Of a DNA stretch of 64,000 nucleotides, positions 54,178-64,000 are shown piece by piece. How positions within the stretch are numbered: the stretch's first letter is position 1; each line of letters starts with the position of its first letter. This DNA is from Octopus sinensis (taxonomy: Eukaryota). The notes beneath the pieces are model-generated. The model did no database searches and was not told the DNA's origin. It was given only the letters and a program-made list of their open reading frames with translations. Where the stretch lies: contig NC_043021.1 of NCBI RefSeq assembly GCF_006345805.1, forward strand, positions 15,128,001 through 15,192,000. Direction: 5' to 3'. Made by a program: the position numbers and the translations under genes.

Positions 54178-55490
54178 AGAATCCGTTGGTGCGTCGGACA
54201 AAATGCTTAGTATTTCTCCCGGCTATCTACGTTATGAGTTCAAATTCCACTGAGGTCGACTTTACCTTTCATCCTTTCAGGGATCGATTTAAAAAAAAAA
54301 AGTACCAGTCAAGTACGAGGGGCGATGCAATAAACTTGCCCCCTCCCCTCAAAATTTCTGGCGTTCTGCCAAATTTAGTAAGCATTGTGATACTTTCGGG
54401 ATCGATGGAATCGATTTACCCTGCCCCTCAAGATTACTGGCCTTGTGCCAAACCTTGAGGCCATTATTATTTTGAAGGCGGAGAGCTGGCAGAAACGTTA
54501 GCGCGCTGGGCGAAATGCTCCGCGTTGTGAGTTCGAATTCCGCCGAGGTCGACTTTGCCTTTCATCTTTTCGGGGGTCGATAAATCAAGTACCAGTTACG
54601 CACTAGGGTCGATGTAATCGACTTAATACCTATGTCTGTCCTTGTTTGTCCCCTCTGTGTTTAGCCCCTTGTGGGTAATAAAGAAATAGGTATTTCGTCT
54701 GTCTTTACGTTCTGAGTTCAGATTCCACCAAGGTCGACTTTGCCTTTCATCCTTTCGGGGTCGATAAATCAAGTACCGGTTACGCACTGGGGCCGATGTA
54801 ATCGACTGGCTCCTCCCCCCAAATTTCGGGCCTTGTGCCTAGAGAAGAAAAGAATCGTTAGCATTCCAGACAAAATGCTTAGCGATATTTCATCCGTCTC
54901 CATGTTCTGGGTTTAAATTCTGCTGGAGTCGGCTTTGCCTTACATCCTTCCAGGGTCGATAAAATAAGTACCAGTTGAGCAAGGGATGATGTATGTGATT
55001 GACTGGGCCCTTCATTCAAAACTTCAGTCCTTGTGCCTAAAAGGGTCATTTTTAAGGCTGCGAGGTGGCAGAATCGTTACCGCATCGGACAAAATACTTA
55101 CCGGCATTTTTTTTTTCTATTTTGCCGTTCTTCACGATCTGGGTTCAAAACACCGCCGAGGCCGACTTTGCTTTTTATTTTTTCGGGGGTCGATAAAATA
55201 AATACCAGTTGAGCACTGGGGTTGATATAATCAACTTACTCCCTTCCTCCATACTTCAGGCTTTTTGCCCATATGGAAATAATTATTATTTAGGTGGGGG
55301 ATCCGGCAGAATCGTTAGCGCGTCGAACAAAATGCTTGGTAGCATTTTCTACCGGTGCTCTAGGGTTCGACTTTGCTTTCCATCCTTTCGAGGTCGAATA
55401 AAAAAAAACAAAAAAAAACGTACCACTCAAGTACTCGGACCGATGTAATAAAAAATGGCTGGCCTTGTGCCAAATTTAGAAACCAATGAC
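54178..55490 (+). mobile_element. Cluster of about 6 same-strand SINE A copies
   Basis: Repeated agaatcgttagc heads and gaggtcgactttgcctttcatcc bodies. Confidence 0.85.
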
Positions 55491-56697
55491 TATTTTTCAC
55501 AGTTCATTGAAATGAAAATGTAATTTGTTTCCTTGTAAATAAACCACTCCCTATTTTCTGTCCTCCATAGAACGAACTATGACTGGAATGTTTTTTTTTT
55601 CTTCAACACCTTCCTTATTCGTGTGTGCGCACGTATATAAATATATATATAATTTGTATTATTTACGTGTACATACCTAAGATTTTTCTTCTTTTCACCT
55701 AAGATTTTTCTTCTTTTCCTCTCCCATTTAGTAAAAAGGAGAAATACTACGATGGTTGCGATTTTTTTTTTGTTGGCTGTGGCAATGCTGGGGATGCCCC
55801 TCTTGTTCCTCTTCTTCTTTAGCATGTACAGACTGGCCCTCCTGTCAGCTTTCTTGCCTGTTCTGCAGGGGTAACCCTCGTCTGAAACCTATGATAAGAC
55901 ATTCAAGTGTGACCGTCCCGTCTTTTTAAGGGGTATTGTAGGACAATATCTAATTTTTCCGAGGTGTGGTTTCGAGATTTGGTTGCTATTTCAAGCAGGT
56001 AGAGCGACCACGTTTGATGCTCCTTCGTTGGATGTATCAAACATCCGAGTCAGTTTCTGATCAAAGGTCCCGTCTTTTTAAGGGGTATTGTAGGACAATA
56101 TCTAATTTTTCCGAGGTGTGGTTTCAAGATTTGGTTGCTATTTCAAGCAGGTAGAGCGACCACGTTGGATGTATCAAACATCCGAGTCAGTCTCTGATCT
56201 AAGAGAGCTCTGATCAAAGGCATTCTGACTATGGCCATCCCGTCTTTATAAGGGAGGGACTGTGGTTATTTAGCTGTTAGTGTTATTACCTGTACCACTC
56301 CAGAGGTTTAGAGGTCACGTTATTATCTCCGTTATGAGTTCAGATCTTGACGAGGTCGACTTAGCTTTTTATGTCGTCTAACTCCTCCTTTAGTTTGTGC
56401 CTAAACTAAAAACAATTATTATTAGATAGAAAATTAAGCAGAGTCGTTTGAGCGTATTTCTGTTCTTTACGTCCTGGGTTCGAATCCGGCCAACGTCGAC
56501 TTTGCCTTTTATTTCTCACGGGTTGGTCAAACAAAAGTACTTGTCAAATTTCTGACCGGAGGGCCATGCTTAAGAAGAAAAGGAACAAGAGGGGCATCCC
56601 CAGCATTGCCACAACCAAAAAAAAAAAAAAAAAATCGCAACCATCGTAGTATTCTCCAATGTCGTTACTCAAATGTGGTCCCTCCCTCCCGATTTTC

Positions 56698-57202
56698 GAC
56701 TCCTTTGAAATAAAAGATTGTAAATTAGAACATTAAAGAGGCATACGTATACGAGTGCGCCCCCACCTCGACTTTGTTTCCTCATAACTTTTAGAAAATG
56801 GGTTATTTTTAATGAAATTTTCCACAAAAACTTTTCGGATGGTATAGTTTACCATCGTTTTGGTATTTGTTGTGGCAAAAGCAGAAAAATAAATTAATGG
56901 TGATCGCGTACACCTTGATACTGACACATCACATTTTATATCCACAAAATGAAACTTAGAATTTTGAAAAGAATTCTGTGAATCGAGTCAGTAGGTGCGC
57001 ACTCACCAATTTTTCTTTTTCCAGCATTAAATTCCGATATAATCGTAATGTACACCACCTGAGAGATATTTGTGGAAAATTTCATAATAAATATCTCGTT
57101 TTTCTGAAAGATATGAGGAAACAAAGTCGAGATGGGGGGCGGGGACACATAATCTTTCCATGTCTTAATTTACAATTTTTTTTTTTTTAGTTCAAAGGAG
57201 TC
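56698..57202. mobile_element. Non-autonomous DNA transposon with long imperfect inverted arms
   Basis: gactcctttgaa...ctcgactttgtttcctcata...tgaaattttccacaaa versus tttgtggaaaatttca...tatgaggaaacaaagtcgag...ttcaaaggagtc. Confidence 0.7.
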
Positions 57203-57779
57203 TACAAATTTTATTCTATTCCCAACACATTGTAAAGTAGTAGTAATATTCATAATAACAATCCCTTCAAATATATATTTCTTTACTACCCACAAGGGGC
57301 TAAACACAGAGAGGACAGACAAACGGATTAAGTTGATTACATCGACCCCAGTGCGAAACTGGTACTTTATTTATCGACCCCGAAAGGATGAAAGGCAAAG
57401 TCGACCTCGGCGGAATTTGAACTCAGAACGTAACGACAGAAGAAATAAGACTTGAAGTTCTTAGGGGACGAGGGGCTAGTCGATTATATCGACCCCAAAA
57501 GGATGAAAGGCAAAGTCGAGACCTCGGCGGAATTTGATCTGAGAAGGTAATGATGGACGGCTAAGCACTTTGTCCGGCGTGCTATGACGACTCTTACTAG
57601 CTCACCACCGTCTTAAAATTAATAATAATGAAAATGGTTTCTTTTATTTGCCACTTAATAATAAGTAAGCCACCTGCTACATTTTCTGACTATTAAGTTT
57701 TATTATTAAATCATCTAGTTAGATATTCTGTAATACAAAAGAATGCTTCCGTCGATGTGTTTTAATTAATAGTTCTGAG

Positions 57780-58897
57780 CGACATGCTTAGCGGTATTTC
57801 GTCTGCCGCTACGTTCTGAGTTCAAATTCCGCCGAGGTCGACTTTACCTTTCATCCTTTCGGGGTCGATAAATTAAGTAAGTGCCAGTTACGCACTGGGG
57901 TCGATATAATCGACTTAATACCTATGTCTGTCCTTGTTTGTCCGCTCTATGTTTAGCCCCTTGTGGGTAATAAAGAAATAGGTATTTCGTCTGCCGCTAC
58001 GTTCTGAGTTCATATTCCGCCGAGGTCGACTTTACCTTTCATCCTCTCGGGGTCGATAAATTAAGTACCAGTTACGCACTGGAGTCGATATAATCGACTC
58101 AATCCGTCTGTCTGTCCTTGTTTGTCCTCTCTGTGTTTATCCCCTTGTGGGTAGTAAAGAAATAGAAATGTGTATTTCGTCTGTGTCTACGTTCTGAGTT
58201 CAAATTCCGCCGAGGTCGACTTTGCCTTTCATCCGTTCGGGGTCGATTAAATAAGTACCAGTTACGCGCTGGGGTCGATATAATCGACTTAATCCGTTTG
58301 TCTGTCCTTGTTTGTCCTCTCTGTGTTTAGCCCTTTGTTGGTAGTAAAGAAATAGAAATAGGTATTTCGTCTGTCTCTACGTTCTGAGTTCACATTCCGC
58401 CGAGGTCGACTTTGCCTTTCATCCGTTCGGGGTCGATTAAATAAGTACCAGTTACGCGCTGGGGTCGATATAATCGACTTAATCCGTTTGTCTGTCCTTG
58501 TTTGTCCTCTCTGTGTTTAGCCCCTTGTGGGTAGTAAAGAAATAGAAATAGGTATTTCGTCTGTCTCTACGTTCTGAGTTCAAATTCCGCCGAGGTCGAC
58601 TTTGCCTTTCATCCGTTCGGGGTCGATTAAATAAGTACCAGTTACGCGCTGGGGTCGATATAATCGACTTAATCCGTTTGTCTGTCCTTGTTTGTCCTCT
58701 CTGTGTTTAGCCCCTTGTGGGTAGTAAAGAAATAGAAATGTGTATTTCGTCTGTCTCTACGTTCTGAGTTCAAATTCCGCCGAGGTCGACTTTGCCTTTC
58801 ATCCTTTCGGAGTCGATAAATTAAGTACCAAGTTACTAATCGACTGGGCACCTCCCCCCAAAATATCGGGCCGTGTGCTTAGGAGTAGAAGAGAGTA
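57780..58897 (+). mobile_element. SINE family A concatemer, 6 units, the last with an alternative tail
   Basis: Unit starts at about 57793, 57981, 58170, 58361, 58551 and 58740; inverted copies lie just upstream at 57275-57610. Confidence 0.92.
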
Positions 58898-59259
58898 TTT
58901 TTAAACCTCGTGGTTTAAAAAAATCGTAACGATAAAAGAAATAATTACTACTTTAATTAGTAGAACCAATTCGTTTGCGAGTCTTTCTTTCTTTCTTTTT
59001 CATTTTCTTTCTTTTTCTTCTTCCTGTCTTCCTCTTCTCTTTTCTTTTCTTCCTTGGGTTCCTTCTTGCTTTCGTCTTCCTTTCTCCTTGTCTTCGGCTT
59101 TTTTTTTTGTTCTCATTTTTCTACTTCCTTTCGTCTTTCTTCTTGTTTGCTTTTGTCTCTTCTTCTTCTAATTTCTTCCTCCTGTTTCTTTTCCTCTTTC
59201 TTCTTCGCTTCGGCTTTCTTCTTCCCAAAATGTTAATGTCGAAATCGAGAGAGAGAGAG

Positions 59260-59477
59260 AGAAGAAATAGCAGCAACGGCATTAGAAGCAGCAACAACTA
59301 TCTTCTTTCTCATTCAACAATAAACTTAATTCGACATCATTATCACCACCACCGCACGTTTTTTCACCGATCTCTCTATATCTCACGGAAGACATTTTTA
59401 GCAGTGGCAAACTACACACCGAGACACTGAGACAGTCGTTTTGTTTGCTGAGAGACACATGTGGTGGATATATAAAT
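59260..59477 (+). promoter_or_regulatory. Candidate alternative first exon, possibly starting MWWIYK
   Basis: Unique sequence after a long pyrimidine tract and GA repeat; ATG at 59459 and AT|GTAAGT donor at 59478. Confidence 0.35.
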
Positions 59478-59639
59478 GTAAGTTTGGCTGGCTTATTCGT
59501 ATATATCCCCCCCCCCCCTTGTTTGCTGTCTGATGCTAGAAAGGGGTCGCTGCAGGGCCGTTGGTTTAGTTTCAATAAACGTTCAAACATATATCAGTAC
59601 GAACTAATTTTCCATGGTCCTTGTGACCGTGTGTATTTT

Positions 59640-60900
59640 ACGTGCATTTGAAATGCGGTCATGCTGGGGCAACAACGCCTTGAAGAAATCTAGTCGAACA
59701 AATCGACCCGAGCACTTATTTATGTTTTTTTTCAAGTGTGGTACTTATTGTATCGGTCTCTATTGCCGAACCGCTAGGTTACGGGTTTGTATACACGCTA
59801 ACACCGGTGGTGGACACATACACACACGACGAGCTTCTTTCGGTTTCCGTCTGTCATATCCATTCACAAGGCTTTGGTCAGTCCTGGACCATATGTAGTT
59901 CGGCAGCAAAACTTCTTACCACATGTGCGCGCCAGCACCTATAGATTTATATATATTAGGCACAGGCGTGGCTATGTGGTAAGAAGCTTGCTTCCCAACC
60001 ACATGGTTCTGGGTTCAGTCCCACTGCATGGCACCTTGGGCAAGTGTCTTTTACTATAGCCTCGGGACGACTAAAGCCTTATGGGTGGATTTGATAGATG
60101 GAAACTGAAAGAAGCCTGTCGTATATATATATATCCCACCATCGCTTGACAACCGAGGTTGGTGTGTTTAAGTCTCTGTAACTGAGCGGTTCGGCAAAAG
60201 AGAACGATAGAATAAGTATTAGGCTTACAAAGAATAAGTCCTGAGATTGATTCGTTCAGCTAAAGGCAGTGCTCCAGCATGGCCGCACTCAAATGACTGA
60301 AGCAAAAGAATGAATATATATTCTGTTTCATTTAGATAGTGAATTTCCGGAACTTAAAGGTGGATTGTATAGGGATGATGTGCTGTTTTTGATTAATACC
60401 CTATCCAATAAGACAATACATATATATATATATGTATGCATATATATATGTGTGTGTGTATGTGTATATATATATATGTGTGTATGTATGCATGTATATG
60501 TATATATGTATGTGTTTGTATATATGTGGATATATATATATGTATGTGTATATATATATATATGTATGTATATATGTATGTGTATGTATACGTGTATATA
60601 TGTGTATATACATGTATGTACACACAATGCTGACTTCTCAGACAGAACAGCTGAGTTATGGGGATGTAACACACCGACACCTGTTATCAAGTGGTGATGG
60701 GGACACAAAGGCACACAGACACACACACACACACACACATATATACATACACATGTCGGCCTTTTAGTTTCCATCTACCAAAGCCTTGTAAGTTGGCCCA
60801 AGGCTATAGTAGAAGACACTTGCCCAAGGTGTGCCATGTAGTGGGACTGAACCCGGAACTATGTGGTTGGGAAGCAAGCTTCTTACCACACAGCCATGCC
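59640..60900. mobile_element. SINE B copies in -,+,- orientation
   Basis: About 59640-59925(-), 59957-60305(+) and 60640-60900(-). Confidence 0.82.
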
Positions 60901-61739
60901 CGCGCATTCCAAAGGAATCTAATGCGCTTAGCTTAGTTTTTCCTTGGGGCTGGCCAGATTGGAGCAATCTCAAGATTAATCAGCCAAAATTGCGACGATG
61001 ATCTGGTTCTTGACTGAAGATTGAAGGCTTCAAATGTCCCGTCCGTGTTTTTTGTATCATCTCCTAATTGTTTTGCGTTCTTGTCCCAGTTTGTATTTTT
61101 ATACATACATATATATATATATAGCGGCATACATACCCTCTCTCTTATATGTAGAACACATTTATATATATATAAAATTATTGATAATGTTCATTTTCTT
61201 GAACTTGCTTGGGTTAATCAGAAGTCTTTGAGACAGATGCTCTTTCTGTTGTCAACTTCTGTCTATTTCCAGGCAAGGTAAAGGTTCTATTATTGCATGG
61301 TCAGACACACAGATGCCAAAAAAAGTGTCACTAATATTTGTCTTAATTTAGGAATTATTTGAGGTTTGGACTGGTTAAACTTGTTAAAGAAGATCTGACA
61401 TATGCCCCATGTCCTCCCAAGAAAGCCATCCACTGGAGAGAGAGACCTGGAATAATCATTCAGGTTGGCCACTCCACTGTCATGCTGGCCATCTTTCATG
61501 GCTACGGAAAAGAGCATCTCTTCTGCATCACCCTGTATCATTATTATGTATCTAGGATTACAATGTGTCCTTTTTTTTCTTAAGTCAGTTGGGTGTGATT
61601 TTTGGGGTATTTAGCTACTATTTTTAGAAGGCCAATTGACTGCATAGAGGCCTCCTTGTCTGATATTATATCCACTTGTGTTATTGTTAGGCTCCTGGGA
61701 CCCTTGTTGAACTGACTGAAACAGTCCAATGTTACATTG

Positions 61740-61960
61740 GGCTTCATAAGGATCTCACAATGGTGGAGAAAAGAAATTTGAGACGGTATGGCTAGTTCAC
61801 AAGATCTAGTGTTCATGAAAAGACCATCTTTCAAGGAATTGTGAAGAGAAAAGGAGAGGCTTATAGAAGAAAAAAAATGAGTGGAGGACAACATGAAGGA
61901 ATAGCTCTGGCACACAGCCACAGTAGATGAGGAAGACTGGTGTACAGCATTTTATGATGA
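61740..61960 (+). mobile_element. Decayed RTE LINE 3' end
   Basis: DLTMVEKRNLRRYG*FTRSSVHEKTIFQGIV...EDNMKE resembles the RTE motif KRKLRWYGHITRS.GLAKTILQG...WEDNIKE. Confidence 0.7.
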
Positions 61961-62815
61961 GACATAAACATCAGGCCCACTGTGTAGAATTTGGGGAAAA
62001 CCTCTTTTGCTGTAGCCTCATGTTAACCAATGCCTTATGAGGAAATTTGGATGAAGAAACAGAAAGAAGCCAGTCATATTTATGTGTGTGTGTGAATGTT
62101 CTCAAAATTACATTGAACTACATATTGTCATGTCACAGTCATGTCACTGTTTGTGATTGGACAGCAACTGGTGACATTTGACATTTCCTGGCAAAGTATT
62201 ATGTGTATGTGAGTTCATATTTCATTATGTCATGTAAACAAAAGACTCGCTATTCCATATAGATGAGGCCATTTGCTTTGTAGTTCGTATCATATGCATG
62301 TTAGGGTTTCCTTAACATATCTTGACATGTTGCTTGATGTAAACAAAGGGCTCGTCTGTATGGTATCATTTGTTTCTTGTTTTTCTACATAAAACATGTT
62401 TGGACTGTTTGTTATTTTGATAGATTTGTGGGGGTCATTAGCTTACTTGGAAACAACAGTGTTGGTGATAGGAAGGGCATCCCAGCATAGGAAACTTTGC
62501 TTCAGCTTACTCTTGTCTAACTTATTCAAGTATGGAAAAGTAGATTTTAAAATATCTTTTTTTTTAAATTTTTATTTTAGTTTGAGACTGCAGCCGTGCT
62601 GGGGGTACCAAACTGAAGGGTTTAGTCAAATAAATCTACCCCACTCCTTACTTTTGTTTCTAAGTTTGGTACTTAATTTGTCTCTTTTTGCTGAACTAAG
62701 TTATGGGGATGTAAACAAACCAGCATTGATTGTTAAGCATTGGTGGGGAAAACACACATACACGTTGTATTTCAGCTGGGTTGGTATTGAAAAGGTTAAT
62801 TTAGATCTTTTTTAA

Positions 62816-63288
62816 CCCTTTCGTTACAAACCTGGCTGAAACCAGCTCTGGCTCTGTAGTACATATGTCTTGTTTTCATAAGTTTTGAATTAAAATCTCC
62901 CACCAAACCTTAGTCCCAATTTATGTTCCCAACACCAGCTTAATGATAACTAAGTTATCTTACTAAATTCTTAGTTATATTTAAAATTAATTGAAAGAAA
63001 CACAGAGCATCTCAACAGAAATATGGTAACAAAAGTGTTAAAATATATAATAGAGGAACAATTCTTAACCCTTTCAATACCAACCCAGCTGAAACTGCCT
63101 CTGGCTCTGTAGAACAAATGTTTTGTTTTCAAAAGTTTTGAATTAAAATCTTCCACCAAACCTTAGTCACAATTTATGTTCCTAACACTAGCTTAACGAT
63201 AACGAAGTTATTTTACTGAATTCTTTGTTATATTTAAAGTAATTGAAAGAAATACAGAACATCTCAACAGAAATATGGCATAGAAGGG
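62816..63288. mobile_element. Two tandem piggyBac-type MITEs (62816-63037 and 63069-63288) plus an inverted 30-bp terminal scrap (62770-62799)
   Basis: Each is bounded by TTAA and CCCTTTC-type ends; reverse complement of the 8075-8295 element. Confidence 0.88.
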
Positions 63289-64000
63289 TTAAAGAAGAAG
63301 CTTGTATCATAGAACCAAGTATGGTTTGAGGTGTTAAAACAGGAAGCTTGTGTTATAGAACCAGGGATGGTCTGAAACGGGCTGGCATCTAAAGGATTAA
63401 ATAAAGACACCTCTATTCTGTATCATTTTTACTTTGAGCTTTGTTCTCTTCGATGTATTTGGTGCAACTAAGTGTACAACTCCTTTGTTTCTTCCTGTTT
63501 GGATTAACAAGTATTTACTTAGATAAATTCATTGCATCATTATTTGGCAACTGTGTAATCCAATCTAAGTGATTGCTGCTTAACTGGCTTAATCTCCATT
63601 TTTATCTATATTATTATTATTATTATTGTTATTACTTTCCTTTTTTTTTTATTGTACATTTGTTTGCAATTTGGAAATATTTTCCATTGTTTTGTTGAGA
63701 ATTGTCAAATCAATTTTTCCGGAATTGTTCTTGTAAACTTATCTCAGAGCTAGCTGTTTCATATGGTTTAATATTTGTATAAATAGGAAGGAATGTAGCA
63801 TATTAAAAATACATGATTTTAATGGTACTTTGATGATTATTTAGACTGAAGTGTGTTTCGTAATTTAAATATCTTTCCTTTCTCTTTTTGTTCTATCAAA
63901 ACCTGTTCACTGTACAGAGTTACTGTTCTGATAAGACAGGCTACCATACGGACCGAATGAATATCCACTGAAATATGTTTGGCTTTCTTTACTATTTTTC

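Overview
Eukaryotic, AT-rich, repeat-dense DNA. The SINE families and microsatellite load look like a coleoid cephalopod, probably Octopus; this is my recognition of the repeats, not a database result. Nearly all ORFs in the supplied track are microsatellite or SINE artefacts. Recognisable coding remnants all belong to transposons: a decayed Chapaev3 transposase (1-1500), an internally deleted Ty3/Gypsy element (12358-12993), several RTE-LINE 3' ends, a fold-back mariner derivative (24120-24994), and a near full-length, frameshifted R4/Dong retrotransposon (31342-35280) among four more R4/Dong 3' fragments in (TAA)n tracts. There are at least five SINE families, piggyBac, hAT and Tc1-mariner MITEs, a non-autonomous Helitron and several palindromic MITEs. 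Host-gene evidence is indirect: a candidate exon at about 36.6 kb, and a CpG-retaining domain (about 44-60 kb) with candidate first exons ending in GTAAGT donors at 45904 and 59478. No CRISPR array, rRNA, bona fide tRNA or intact multi-gene system was found. Best leads: SINE concatemers whose target duplications begin with the same GGTAT as their internal junctions; minimal hammerhead-ribozyme motifs in Penelope-type repeats; the R4/Dong landing-pad array; and many long inverted repeats that could form dsRNA editing substrates.
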